From assembly GCA_964016885.1 (NCBI GenBank), contig OZ024742.1, positions 126,914,001 to 126,978,000 on the forward strand: a DNA stretch of 64,000 nucleotides, written 5' to 3'. Both the position numbers and the translations under genes were made by a program. Each line of letters starts with the position of its first letter. The stretch's first letter is position 1. Source of the DNA: Eledone cirrhosa (lineage: Eukaryota). Below are positions 49,574 through 63,800 of the stretch, piece after piece. A model generated the notes under the pieces. It was not told the DNA's origin. It worked only from the letters and a program-made list of their open reading frames with translations, and did no database searches.

Positions 49574-50607
49574 GTATGTACAAGCTATTGTGTTGAGTAA
49601 TTAATAATAGTAATAATAATAATGTATATATGTAGACACACGCATATAGAATCAAGACCACCTGGATATTGTACATGAAATACATACGCAACAGTTAACA
49701 CACGCATTGGGTGAATGAGGTACATGCGCTGTGTGCACGCAATATATCATACACTCACAGGAAATTACACATACATAGGCAAATACACACACATACAGAA
49801 ACAAATACACACACACACAGACAAATACATACACACACACACACACACATACATACAGACAAATACATACACACACATACACAGAAAATATACATAGATA
49901 ATTAGGCATACGCACACAGAGAGACAAATACATACACACATACGCAGAAAATACACACAGACAATTACACACACACACACATCCAGACAGCTGTGTCGAA
50001 CTTGAAACTAATTAGACACAACGAATGAGCTTTTGTTATTTTTTCTTTCATGTCATATTTCTGTCGCCGTGCACATGCATGGCCGTCGTTTTTACCTGCA
50101 AGGTGATGGACACAAAACTGAGTCTTACCAAACCCCTACCACCACTTACAATGTTATTCTGTCTACTGGTGGCAGTGGTAGTAGTGATGATTATTATTAT
50201 GAAGGTGGTGGTGGTGATGACGAGGATTATGACATATATAATTTATTATGGCTATATGGTAAGTCTCGTTACTCTGGTGTTTCCCCTGCACACGGACATC
50301 AGTCGAGACAATCAGTCGGACATCAGTCGAGACAATCTTGTCGGTTGATCCTGTGAGTGAGCAAACGAAACTCTGGCGTAACAAGGCTCACCACTTACTC
50401 TCGGGTTCCAAATAATAGGGGGTGCTAGAATAAGCGGTGGGTTTGGAATAAGCGGGTGAGGGTTGAAATTAGTGAAGCTGGTGACATATTTGTGCAGGTT
50501 TCACTATTATCTGTACGACTGGCTTCATACAGAACATCACTTTTACATACGTATCACTTTACTGGACTATTTTACATTACCATACACAGACGGACACACA
50601 CACACAT

Positions 50608-50678
<71 letters not shown>

Positions 50679-50785
50679 AACATTCAGCCTTTACGTCTTT
50701 CAAATCACCGTGGTCACAGCTTGTGTTGCTTCGACAGATTTTACATAAAAATACTCAAAATTGACAATCGATATATATATATATA

Positions 50786-50990
50786 TAACGAAGGAAATGT
50801 GGTAAGGAACCAGGTGGACCATAACGCACCAAAGTACTGAATACTTAGGGTAGTAGAGTGGGTAATAGGAACAAGTAAGACCCCGACGGCTGAGCTCAAG
50901 CCGTTTCGACGGCTAATTCTGAGAATTAGCCGTCGAAACGGCTTGAGCTTACTTGTTCCTATATATATATATAAACTTACTTGTTCCTAT
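50786..50990 (-). mobile_element. Fold-back micro-element with HHR 3' half (same family as 7772-7975)
   Basis: Perfect 28-bp palindrome arms 50893-50920/50922-50949; minus strand GAA-ACGGCU ugagcuc AGCCGU-C-GGGGUC. Confidence 0.7.
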
Positions 50991-51457
50991 ATATATATAT
51001 ATATATAAGATATGGCAACATGAATGGACCTGTTATTATTTTCTAAAAAATATTTTTTCCGACTTCTCTATCTCGCTATTTCTTCTTAAATTTCTCATTC
51101 CATTTTCTGATTAAGTACTAGCGTCGGAAATGTTAAGACTCTTTTCCTACTATATCAACCGTAAAACTAATAATATATTTTTTTTTATTGTACTGTGTCT
51201 TTCGGTTTGTTATTTCCGTCTGCCTTTTGAATAAATATACATATATATATATATATATTATATATATATATATATATATAAACTTATTCAATCTCAGTGT
51301 TGAATAAGTTGAGTTCGCAGAACGAAGCGCGTGTCTCTGCGTTTCGCCGTGTTATGTTTTTGTTGTAGTATCGATTTTTCTATATTAAAACTCGTTCCAT
51401 GGAGGTCTTTACTAAACTATTACGACTAATATTATATATATGTATATATGTATATAT

Positions 51458-51766
51458 GGTACCGTACCTCCTGATAGAGTCGTAGTAGCGCCGTATTGAC
51501 GACATACAGCGTTTCATGGGCACTTATAAGCCTGGCGGAGCCCATCCCTCCCCAGGCCTGAGTACAGCAGTTTTCTTCCAAAGAAAGATAGAGAGGAAAT
51601 GAGAAAGAGATATAGAAGAAGAAGAATCCACACCAGTAGTAAACTGGTACATTCATCGACCTCGAAAGGATGAAAAGCAAAGTTGACCTCGGCGAGATTT
51701 GAACTCAGAGAGCCGGAACGAATTCCATTTTATCCGACGTTCTAACGACTCTGCCAATTCGGTGCC
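51458..51766 (-). mobile_element. SINE family C (family A-like head, longer 3' tail ending CTACGACT..ATCAGGAG.TACGG)
   Basis: Related copies at about 10420-10630, 15660-15935, 44495-44770, 45685-45910, 52375-52697 and 58835-59120. Confidence 0.75.
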
Positions 51767-51827
51767 TATTACATATGTACCAAGCGTTAAACTAATATAA
51801 TTCTTCATTGTACTATATTGTTTATAA

Positions 51828-52288
51828 ATAATGGTTTCTACTTTTGGCACAAGGCCAGCAATTATCCCAGTGTATTACTGGTGCTTTATGTTATTAGCCT
51901 TGTAAGGATGAAAGGCAAAGTTAACCTCGGCGGGATTTGAACTCAGACCATAAAGGGCCGTAACTCTTTGCTGCAAAGCATGGCGTCAGACCCTCTACCG
52001 ATACTGCCAATCCACGTAATGTCGCTCATACATCATTAGTGTGGAAATAAGAACGGTGCATTGCCAGTATCGGTAGAGCATCAGACACTCTGCTTTGCGA
52101 CACAGAGTTATGGACCTTTACGTTCTGAATTCAAATCCTACCGAGGTTAACTTTGCCTTTCATCCTTATGGGGGTCGATAAAATAAAGCACCAGTAATGT
52201 AATAGGGTCGATTTAATCGACCCCCCCCCCCCCCCCCCCAAAAAAAAAAAGAATTATTGGCCTTGTGCCTATATCAGAAACAATTATT
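51828..52288. mobile_element. Head-to-head family A SINE pair (- 51828-52015, + 52054-52288)
   Basis: Inverted copies about 40 bp apart. Confidence 0.9.
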
Positions 52289-52696
52289 AGTATGGAAATA
52301 AAAAAAAAGATATTAAGAAACTATATAAATCAATATTAAAGTGATTGAAAATCAGTTGAATTTGTTGAGGGTTTCCGCTTAGCAAGGAATTGGTGAGAAT
52401 GTCGGATAAAATGCGGTGCTCAATTCGTTCCGACTCTCTTCGCTCTGAGTTCAAACCTCGCCGAGGGCAACTTCGCTTTTCCAGGTCGAAAAAAAAGTTA
52501 CAGTGCTGTAGAGAGGTCAATCCTTTCTCTATATACCATTTTCACTTCCTTTCTCTCTATATTTGTCCTTTCTGGAAGAATGATGACCCGGTTCAGACCC
52601 GGAGAGGAGATGCGATCCGTCATGTTTTTAAAAATGCTCAAGAAATGCCGTTTGTGAATATGGTCTCCCTACGACTTCATCAGGAGTTACGGGTGC

Positions 52697-52773
<77 letters not shown>

Positions 52774-53279
52774 ATATATACTATATATTATTAGACTGAA
52801 CTTCAAAGGAACACACACATACACACTCCATATCGATTTCATCTAACTAGGTAGAAAGCCTTGAAATTGTTTTTAACATGTATGATGGTCGATATGTATT
52901 CATGCGTGTGTTATATGTTACAAATACAGTTATATTGTTTTGTTGAGTTTGCTGGGAAGAGTGAAATATACAACTGACGTACGTTGGGTTTTTAAGTCAC
53001 CCAGTGCTGGACATTTGAGAAATAAGTTAGTGGAAATCTCTCTCTCTCTGTGTGCGTCTGTGTTAGAGATTGAGAACGCTTCTTTGTTGTTTTACTGATT
53101 GAGAAAGTGAGTGTGTATGTCATAGAGAGAGTTGATGAAGGGATGTGTGAGTAAGAAATTGTATCTGTGTGTGAGAGAGAGAGGGAGAGAGAGAGACTGT
53201 GTGTGAGTATAGTTTTCTAGAAACCAGTAAGTTACCCCCACTGTTGGTAGGCTGGGGTGGGGACTTGTAGATATAATTT

Positions 53280-53329
53280 TATAGTAGCCGGTAAGATATA
53301 ACTAGAGTTATATCTTACCGGCTACTATA
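53280..53329. repeat. Perfect 24-bp-arm hairpin
   Basis: TATAGTAGCCGGTAAGATATAACT-AG-AGTTATATCTTACCGGCTACTATA. Confidence 0.95.
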
Positions 53330-53440
53330 CACTAATAAAGCTATTGAAAATTACAGCTATGAAGGTTAATTTAAATTCGAGCCTTAGCTCTGAAATAAAT
53401 TGGAGAGATTTCCTACATTATATAAACATTATATAAATAT

Positions 53441-53633
53441 AGGTGGTGGATTGGTAGTATCGGTAGAGGGTCTGACGCCATGCTTTGCAGCAAAGAGTTA
53501 CGGCCCTTTATGGTCTGAGTTCAAATCCCGCCGAGGTTAACTTTGCCTTTCATCCTTACGGGGTCGATAAAATAAAGTACCAGTAATACACTGGGATAAT
53601 TGCTGGTCTTGTGCCAAAAGTAGAAACAATTAT
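53441..53633 (+). mobile_element. SINE family A short variant, near-consensus
   Basis: Full length; ATTATATAAA on both flanks. Confidence 0.93.
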
Positions 53634-56600
53634 ATAAACAGTGTATCCTATGAAAATTGTACAGAATCAATTAATATATATTATAAAATATAAATAAAAC
53701 AAAACCTAATTTCTCATATCTGTTATTTACATTCCGATTCAGTGGAAAATTATGAAAAGTTATACATCTTAATCTATTTCTCTGCTACCTTAATCTATAA
53801 TACAGCTCAACTGGGGACTTCAGAAGTTAGTTTCGTAAACTAGTTTCAGATTTGATCACAACTAATGACACCTTAGGTAAGTCCACTTATATAGACCCAA
53901 GTTGAACAACGTTTTGTAAATGATATTTAGTAGAAGGAATCTGTATAGAAGTCTGCCGGACACACAAAATCAGCATACACACACACATACACATACATAT
54001 AATGTACACACGCATACATATGTGTGTGTGTCCAGCAGACTTCTATATATATATATATATATATGTGTGTATAATGTACACACACATACATATATGTATG
54101 TGTATAATGTACACACACATACACACATATATATGTATGTGTATAACGTACACACACCCACATATATATATGTATGTGTATAATGTATAATGTGTGTGTG
54201 TGTGTGTGTGTGTGTGTACATAAGTTCACGACTATGCAATCACCTATATGTAGTGATAAATTTTAACATTTGGATAAATATATTGAAGAATATTCCTATC
54301 AAAGGTTGCCTATTGCAAACAGTTGCAACAGTGAACAGGTTGTGTGTGTTTTAGACTTCCCTCGATGATATGGTTAACAGTTGGTTGATCGCCAGAACTT
54401 ATGGAATTAACGTGCAAGTAGCTGAGCATTCTACAATCACATATGCCCTTCATTTAGTTCTCAAATAGTGCATGCTGGACCTCCGTCGGTTTCAACGATG
54501 AGTGTTCCGATTTAGTCAGTCAGCAGAGCAGCCGGCAAGATGTTGAGCATTTCACAAACACGTGTTCCCTTAATATAGTTCTCAAGTAAATTCATGGCAA
54601 CACAGTTAGTTACAAAGCCGGATACTCTCAGGCTTTGAATAATCCTTTGCCCCCTCCCCCGGCTAATTAATTTTTCACATTTTTCCAACCCCTCCGCTTT
54701 CAGTCCACACACCCACCCGGCGAAATTTTATTGTAAGTGATTCATATTGATACAGCAGCTGGAGAATCTAATAATTTCATTTTACATTAAAGACACATTA
54801 TGACGGCAAAAGAACATTAGAAGAAATCACTATACAACTCCCCCGCTTATTCCAATCCCCATATTATTTAGGACCATAGAGTATTTGAATTCTCTTCTTC
54901 CCCCACTTATTCCTGAGAGGGTCGTGGGGGAAGAGTCCTCAAACACTCCTTCCAGCGGGTCCTGTCATGGAGGCAACCATTTCCAACTGATCTGGCTGGA
55001 TCCCCAAGCGACTCCAGCCAGGCTCATGAATGTTATCCAAACATCTTGCTCGGGGTCTACCCCTGTATTATAAGTATAATTTATTTTCTGTTGCTGGGTG
55101 GACTGGAGCAACGTGAAATAAAATATTCTTGCTCAAGAATGCAATGTGTCATAAGGAATCGAATTCATGACCTTACGATCATTACCCAAACACCCTAGCC
55201 ACTAAACCAGGCCCCTTCACACCAACGAAGTTCATAGTAGCACCACGATGACAATATAATTGCGTCCGTTTCAACATAGCAAGTCACTTGCCTAACAAGT
55301 ACAATGCTGAAATTGTGTTAAATAATTTGAAGTAAGTCTCATGTTACGACCAGAGTTTTCTATTTCCTGCCACGAACTCGTCACATTTCCTTCTAGTAAT
55401 TTAATATTCATTTTTAACTAATTCTATGTAAGTGAAGATTCTCGGGCAGACAAATCCATCCATAGAATTCAATATATTACACTAAAGAAATTATAAAATG
55501 GATTAATATAACCCTACAGTACAATCTACTTATAGAATGGCTGCAAATCAGTAGACAATAGGTTTCAAACCAATGGATTTCATCAAGCATATGATTCTCT
55601 TAACTTAAGCTAAGATACAGTTTCTGTTGTAGGCAGGTTGAATCTGTGGTGTATTTTACTTATGTCACACACACACACACACTCGCGCGCGCCTGTCGTT
55701 TGTTATGTTTTCAGAGCATTTACATTATTTTAAAACTGGATTCTATTTAATTTGTTTTATTCAATGTATTGACCACTTAAGAAACCTTGACATAAAAATA
55801 CGCGCTTGCTGTATTTACGAAATATATGTATATATATACATATATATATATATATATTAACCATTTTAGAAATCACATTGGCATATGCAAAGCAATCGTG
55901 GTAATCAAAATATATTGATTGCCGGATTTAAAATAAAACTGTAATGGTCCGGGGAAAATGTGCATTTACACTCCTTACAAATGACCTCTTGTAAATACTG
56001 AGTACAGATTTACACGTTCAAATCTTATCTCATTGGGTGAATAATGAGACTTTTGAACAATGAAGACTAATGAACACTTTTCCCTATAACCTTGTTTAAA
56101 TATAAACAAAATATTTTTCTCCCAAGTAAGAGACCAGCATGTAAATTTTGAGTAAATGTATTTTCATAATTCAGTTGCCTCTGTATTTCCTTGCAATTTC
56201 TGTTTTATTTTTTTTAATTGGTTGAGATCTAACAAACCACGAATACTTAATATTTTTTTTAATTTTGAATTTACCGTTTTTAGGACAATCCCGCACGGCT
56301 AATGATTCTATAGTCTTATGACTCCATTCTCTAGAATGTAGCAGTTCTCCGCGATAGTAACTAGCCATTTGGCTCCGCTGGCCCTTAGCTAAAATGCTGA
56401 GAGCTCCCGTTGATAAAGCAACATAGTTGATGGTCTGCACTTTTTGCACCGTGCAACCACTGAGAAAATCATGTGGCTAATGCACTTACTTTATCAGCCT
56501 ATATTGCTGAAATTATGATCCGGAAAATATACAATTACACTCATTACAAATAACCTTTGGTGGTCACTTTAAGGACAGATTTACTCGTTTAATACTTTTA

Positions 56601-56817
56601 AATCTAGTCACATTACTAACTCATTGAGTTAGTAATGACACTAACGGATCATAGTCAATACTTTTATCTATAACCTTGTTTAAAATATAAACAAAATATA
56701 TTATATATATATATGGTATAATATGTGTTAGTTAAACAATCAATACAGGTGTACGCAGGATAAAGCACTCAACGAAGTATACAAGTATGTCTATGCGTAC
56801 TCCACGGTAAAATTATA

Positions 56818-56919
56818 ATAACGAAGTATCAGTCAACAGGTTAGAATTGACCTCATTTATTCGTTACACAATTGGGTAACGAATGAATAATTATAACCTG
56901 TTGGCTTATACTTCATTAT
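56818..56919. repeat. Imperfect 100-bp hairpin (palindromic MITE-like)
   Basis: 31-bp outer and 13-bp inner stems. Confidence 0.75.
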
Positions 56920-57306
56920 CATTTATATATCATTTAACGTCCATTTTCCAAACTTGCAAGGGTTAAACGGGTTGTCACGTTATGACAATTCAAGTCAGGT
57001 GACCATGTCATGTTTATAAAGGTCTGTATTTTGACTTAGTTTCTACAGCTGGACGCCCTTCCTAACGTCAACCACTTACATATTATATATATATAATATA
57101 TAATCGATGTATAAAAACCACCATTTGCCTTAACTGGAATGTAAACAAAGTAAACCAAACCCAAGCTATCCACGATGTCAAGAAATTCTAAACCATAATC
57201 TTACAGTCCTCCGCACCCACCAAACCACTCTGTACCAGCGACGGATTAAATTACTGGTATGTTACGTAGTTTCTATATGACTGTTCAGCATTATATATTC
57301 AGAGTT

Positions 57307-57490
57307 GGCGGTGGATTGGCAGTATCGGTAGAGGGTCGGACGCCATGCTTTCCAGTATAGTTACGTCCCTTTACGATCTGAGTTCAAATCCCGCCGAGGT
57401 TGACTTTGCCTTTCATCCTTACGGGGTCGATAAAATAAAGTACCACTAATGCACTGGGTAATTGCTGGCCTTGTGCTTAAAGTAGAAACA
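57307..57490 (+). mobile_element. SINE family A short variant with 17-bp TSD
   Basis: ATTATATATTCAGAGTT at 57290 and 57491. Confidence 0.95.
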
Positions 57491-59599
57491 ATTATATATT
57501 CAGAGTTCGAATACGGCCCTGTTTGACTTCCGCCCGTCTGTCCATCTGTGGTCAATGAAATAAACTTTAATCATGAAGACAAGTGGATGTTAATCGTCTT
57601 TAAACACATACACATACGCACCAATGATATCAGTGGTTTTATTCTTTCCCTTCAATTTGTGGCTGTATAACAATTTATATTTCTTAGAACTCAAACATTT
57701 TTATGAGAAATCGGTGTATTTAGAGCAACGTTCACATTTATACACAGTCACACACATAGACACACATTTCTAATAAAATTTACCACAATAGCCCACAGCC
57801 CTAAATACTCGGTCGTTCATACACATACATCCACACTAACACACACAGGCATACCTATTCATCACATGTATCAAATAAATATGGAACGACAAAAATTACT
57901 AAAAATAATAAGAACACGTAAAACTGATAACCATGGGAGGATGTTAAATGTCGGATATACACAAATGTGTATATACATGTATCGTACACATACATGTGAG
58001 AATATAGTTAGGCATAGATACACTGTAACACTCATTATTGAATTGCTTTATACTACTGGACCTCTGCCGCCAATAACGATTATAGTTTTGGCACAAGGCC
58101 AGCAATTTATGGGGAGTGGAATGTCGATTATATTGATGACCCAAGTACTTTACTGGTACTTTAATTTATCGATTTTGAAAGGAAGAACTGCAAAGTTGAC
58201 CTCGGTATTATTTGAACTCAGAACATAATGAACCGGAATAATATTGCGAAACATATGTCCGACGCTCTAACAACTCAGCCAACCTATCGCTCTACTATGC
58301 CGTCAATAATTTTGAAGGCAGTAATGTTGAATGTATTTAATTTGTGGAGTTTGTTATTGGTATATCATATATATCAGGTTTACCTGATATATAAAAAAAA
58401 CCATACACATCGGGAAATTTGCCTCTAGATAAATAATTTTCCTACGAGAAAACCCTAAAATTTATATCGATTACTGACACATGAAAGTGATTAAAGAAAA
58501 GAATATCTTAATAAATTGCAATGATATAGTTACATAAATGTTGAGCATGTCTAATATATACAAATGAAATGCAGAACATGTACGAGTAAGTTTGGAGAAA
58601 TAACTATTTGCGAAGACAAATGTACATTTAGAACCCAGGACCTTGTGATTTGAAAACGAACTTCGTTTTGTAGTAACAACATTGCTATGAGAAATGTATT
58701 GTGTGTATGTTTGGGTGAGCGTATGTTTATGTAAATTTTAAAGTTACATAGTTATACATATAAATGAATATACAAATACACTCTGATTCGGAGAGTTAAA
58801 CTATTTAAAAAAATATAATTCCTTTCCTTTTTCCCCCGTAATTCCTGAGGGAGTCGTAGGGCTGCCGTAGGCGTTTCTTGAGCATTTTAAACCCTGGCAG
58901 ACTCTATTCCTTTCCAGGTCTGAATACAGCAGATTTATTCCAGAGAAGGATAGAGAGTGTGATAAAGAGATATAGAGGTAGAATCGACCTCAATAGACGA
59001 GTGGTACTTTTTTATCGACCTCGAAAGGATGAAAGGCAAAGTTGATCTTGGCAGGATTTGAACTCTGAGAACCAGAATAATACCACAAAGCATTCTAACG
59101 ACCCTGCCAAGCCACCGCCTTATAATTAATTATTGAAATTAAGTTAGTAGTTGGATTAAGGGTGGCTAGATATAAGGTAGAGGGGACAAGGATGGTTTAT
59201 GTTAGAGCTTATTGTTTAGTTTTTGTTTGGTACAAACGTTAAGAGCCGGAATAATTACTGCAATGGATTGTGTCTTAATCTCTCACAATTACTCCAATCC
59301 TCCCAACTGGACTAAGATTTTATTTTATCGACCACGAAAGGATGAAGGACAAAGTTGGCTTTGGCGTGATTTGAACATAGAAAGCGCAGACAGCCTAAAT
59401 AATTACCGCAGGGAATTATGTCTCATTCTCTAACAACTCTGCTAATTCACCGCCTGTCCATTTATGTAAAGTAGGTCATATAGCAATGTAGATTGTATGT
59501 TATGGTAACAGGAGTTAGCATTGTGAATTGAGTGGAAAGAGGGTTGTACATATTAAGTTAGGGTTTCAACATTGTCTATTTATAAAGGAAACATAATAC

Positions 59600-59900
59600 C
59601 ATTGATGGTCGAGTGGTCGGCGACTAAAATGGCTCCCCCAATAGACTCGGGTGAAGAGACTAAGTGGGACCCCAACAGCACACAAAAAGCAAGAGCTGTA
59701 AAAAAAGGGCAGATGAACTCCTTACAATCAATGGCCATCCACCTCAACTATTGGTTAAATAGCCTCACCAACTCACAATTGACAAGCGTGGTGAGTACGG
59801 CCATATACCAGAAAATATGACCAAAACCAAAAGCGGTGGAGGTCAACCAGGGAGGGATTCCTCCAACAGACGGGAAAAGGTCCTTGAATAGATGGGAATA
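59600..59900 (+). mobile_element. Decayed RTE-type 5' leader element
   Basis: ATGGTCG..GCGACTAAA..GGGCAGATGA..TCAATGGCCATCC, shared with 29412-29545 and 62100-62232. Confidence 0.6.
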
Positions 59901-60077
59901 CCATCCCATAGAAAGTTGTAAACGCTTAAATGTCCAATACTCAACTTTACGTACTTCTCCTTATCTTCTAGACCGAGAGGTTGGATTAACGAGTCTCAGT
60001 AAATATTCAGCCCCTAATATATTCTTCATGCATGTCATTTCTTAGTATTTTTATATCGTTATTTTAAATTGCCTAAT

Positions 60078-60478
60078 AGTGGTAGATTGACAGTAACAGT
60101 AGAGCGTCGGGAACATGCTTTGCGGCAAGAGAATTAAGACCACTTACGTTCTGAGTTCTAATTCTGCTGAGGTTTGCTTTTACAGGGTCGATAAAATAAA
60201 GCACTAGTAATGCACTGAGGTAGATTAAATCAACCCCCACACGCACAAAAAAAATGATTGGCTTTGTGCCTAAATCAGAAACCATTATTTTAACGGTGGA
60301 TTGGCATTATCAGTAGAGGGTCGGACGCCATGCTTTGACGCATAGAGTTACGGCCCTTGCCATTCTGAGTTCAAATCCGCCGAGGTTAACTTTGCCTTTC
60401 ATCCTTATGGGGTTGATAAAATAAAGTAACAGTAATGCACTGGGTAATTGCTGGCCTTGTGCCAAAAAGTAGAAACAA
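60078..60478 (+). mobile_element. Two tandem family A SINEs inside one TSD
   Basis: TTATTTTAAATTGCCTAAT at 60059 and 60479. Confidence 0.9.
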
Positions 60479-62095
60479 TTATTTTAAATTGCCTAATGAA
60501 TGATTATATAAAAAAGGTTACTATATATTTTGCTAGGAAAATATCTGAAGAGGTGTAATAAGCCCGGAACATGATCGTAGTTGTCACCTTACTAACCAAA
60601 GAACTCTCTCAACTGCATGCTTCTGGTTTTTAATAAATTTACATTTCAGAATTATCTCCTTTGTTTTCCTTGCCGAGAATTATCATTAACGGAATTTTTG
60701 TATTGTCATTACGGATATAATTTTTAATTGGTTGAAAATTAATTATTTTAGTACACCCCATTAAGCATAATTATGTGTGAAGTGTTGCTTTATACGGTAC
60801 GAAATGAATAACACACACACTAGAATAGGCAACGAATACGCATAATGGCACACTGGAACCTACTTCATTAACATTTAGCATGATACACCAATATACATAC
60901 AACACAACACATACAGGCAGATACACATATACACACAAATAAACACGGGGGTACAATCGACGAAAACAATCTTGCCACACACAAATACACATACCGCTAT
61001 ACACACACTAAACGAAAAACAATAACCACGAAATTACTACCCAGAAATTAACCAATCAGAATAGGTCAATTTAATTTCAGATGAAACATAATCGATATTT
61101 TTTTTATTACAATCAACGGGTTGTTATTGGTTGCTGTATTGTTTAACCACAGGTCAGTCCTGGTTGAGTAGACCTATAAACGGATGGCTGTTGTGTTGTT
61201 CAATCCCAGGACGGTCCTAGCCTAGTAGACCTAGAAACGGGTTGTTGATTGCTGAGTTGTTTAACCGTAGGAGACTCCTGATTGAGTAGACCTATAAACA
61301 AATGTATTCCTATTATTGACACCTACTCTGGTGTGTTCTTTTCTTTATCAATACAGTAAGGTGTGTGGACACAGCATAGCCGAATGGTTTAGGAAGTTTG
61401 CTTCGCAATCATTACGTCTTGGGTTCGATTCTATTACCTGATATGTTGGGCAACTGTCATTTACTATAGCCTGGGTTCAACCCATACTTTGTAAGTGTAA
61501 CTGGGTAGAAGGAAGCTGTTTGGAAGTCCGCCGGATGGATTGTACCAGTAATTCAATGGTCCAGCCTTGCCACATCCTGTGTCAGGTTAATTACGCTAAT
61601 GGTAAACGTGTCTTTGGAATGCTCTGTTGAATGCACTATTGAATGATAGTTATGATAGATTTGTCGATTCATAAGGAAGGGACGAATAAATAACAGGTTC
61701 GTTCGCAATCATTAGGTCTCGGGTTCGATCCCACTGTGTGGTGTCTTGGGTAAGTATCATTTACCATAGCCTTGGGTCAACTCATGGCTTGTGAGTGAAA
61801 TTAGGGAGACGAAACTGCTAGGAAACCCGTCAGATGTATTACGTTATGGGTACTCACGTCTATAGAATACTCAGCTACATTCACTTCAATATAATTAGCT
61901 GTTCTGTTGATCGAACAACTGAAACCCTCATCGTCGAAATTGGTGGGGGTCTATCGATATGATAGAGTAAGTGTTATTGTTGTTTAGTCCCTGGTATGTT
62001 AATATCGGTGTGTTGGATATCATATATTACTGAATAATGCAATAGTCAGCTCAGGGTTTTGCCTGCTACTGTACCATGTAACTCAATACAACCTG

Positions 62096-62344
62096 TTTCA
62101 TGGTCGAGAGGTCTGCGGCTAAATCAGCTTCCCCACCAAACCCTGGTCTGGTACGGAGGGTAATTAAATCCCCCAGCGGCACAAATAAAAGAGCTGTTAA
62201 AAGGGACGATGAACTCCTTAGTCAACAGCCATTCACCCCAACTATGGGTTAAATAGTCTCATCAACCTACAATCGACCAAGTGTGGTGAGTACAACTATA
62301 CTTTTGTCATGAAATCGGTGAAGGTCCTCCAGGGCTGCATTGGA

Positions 62345-62375
<31 letters not shown>
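62096..62375 (+). mobile_element. Short RTE-derived element with (TAG)n tail
   Basis: Same conserved leader as 29412-29545; ends in a TAGTAG run. Confidence 0.6.
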
Positions 62376-62596
62376 TGTTAAAGGGTTCTGATGAACGTGG
62401 TTGTAATGAAAGTGATGATCATGATGACGACGATGATGATGCAGCAGAGACAATGTATTTATAATACCATATGGACTTTTAATCCCTGGTCAATAAGTCA
62501 ATTGGTTTGTAAGTTGGTCTAAACTGAACTGGTGATGGCGTTAATTTGTCTGCTGTGAGTGTGAATTAGATTTTGGTGACGGTGGGGGAGAGAGAG

Positions 62597-62686
<90 letters not shown>

Positions 62687-63359
62687 AAAGAGAGCATGTG
62701 TATGGAGGAGAGGGAGATGTGTGCGTGTGATGTGTATTTGATTGTTAATGCGCAATGTAGTTCAGATGTGACCAAATGTAAAACCTGCTAGAAATAACAG
62801 TCAAATCTAACGAAGGAAGGATACATCTGTTAATGTATTCCTGGATATAGAAAATGACTAGAACATCTTCGATCCTGTTTGTCTGCTTCATCATGGCTGA
62901 CCTGGGGCTATACGAGAACAGCGACACAACAACAGCCAGGCTACAACAGCTACGCAGCAGCAGCAGTATCAGCAGTCACGCAGCAACGACTGCCACACAA
63001 CAATACCATTTTCAGGTTTACGTAGTTGTTGAAATTTGACACATTTAATTTGAAACCAACAGAATCCCACCAGCGGCGAATGGTATGATCAAAAATGAAA
63101 TCAATGATAATACTCTGAGGTAGATATAATCGATAGTTCTCTCACCCGAGAAAATTGAGGTATTGTATATCAGACATCAATATTTAATATTGATGTGTTA
63201 TGCGTATATCAGACATTAATGTTTAATATTTAGTTTTAATTTAGGCATATAGTATAAAGTCTGTTTCGAGCAAGGAGGTTCACAGGCTGGTGCATATCTC
63301 GGCTTTCGTGGCGTGAAGCGACTGAGAATACAAGACCCCGCCCCCTCTGCCTCACCCGA

Positions 63360-63800
63360 TATTTTAGGCATAAGACCAGCAAATTTGGGGAATTAGGGGA
63401 AAAGCAAAGTGGATTATATCAACCCCCAGTACATGACTTGTACATTATTTTTCGACCACGGAAGGATAGAGAGCAAAGTTGACCTCGGTAGGATTTGAAA
63501 TCAGAATGCAAGGAGTCAGAATAAATGTCGCATTGTCATTTTATTCGACGATCCATCGACCAATTCTGACGCATGGTCTAGTAAATAGGGTGCTGATCGC
63601 AAGGTCGGGGGATCGATTCGCGAATTGAGCCGTGCGCAACGTCCACTCAGCTGAACGGTGAGTTGAGCTTACCACGCTCTGGCCTCTTGTGCGAGGTGGA
63701 GGATCTTGTTCTCCCAGACCCTTAACTCAACATCAAACCGGGATAAGCTCCGGCTGTTGTCCAACCCATGCTTGCATGGAAAGACGACGAATGGACAACG
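63360..63800. mobile_element. Adjacent SINEs (family A-like on minus to about 63570; tRNA-head SINE with CCAACCCATGC..GCATGGAAA tail on plus)
   Basis: Recognisable head and tail motifs. Confidence 0.65.

Noticed and set aside
52676-52686. CTGATGA on minus strand next to (TA)n
   Set aside because: Part of the family C SINE tail; no downstream GAAA or stems
53806-53882. Strong AG|GTAAGT donor with upstream acceptor
   Set aside because: The 71-nt exon has stops in all frames; the 27-nt microexon alternative is unsupported
50397-54884. Inverted TACTCT..CCAAATAA..GGAATAAGCGG ends as one 4.5-kb transposon
   Set aside because: No transposase between them; may be independent MITE fragments
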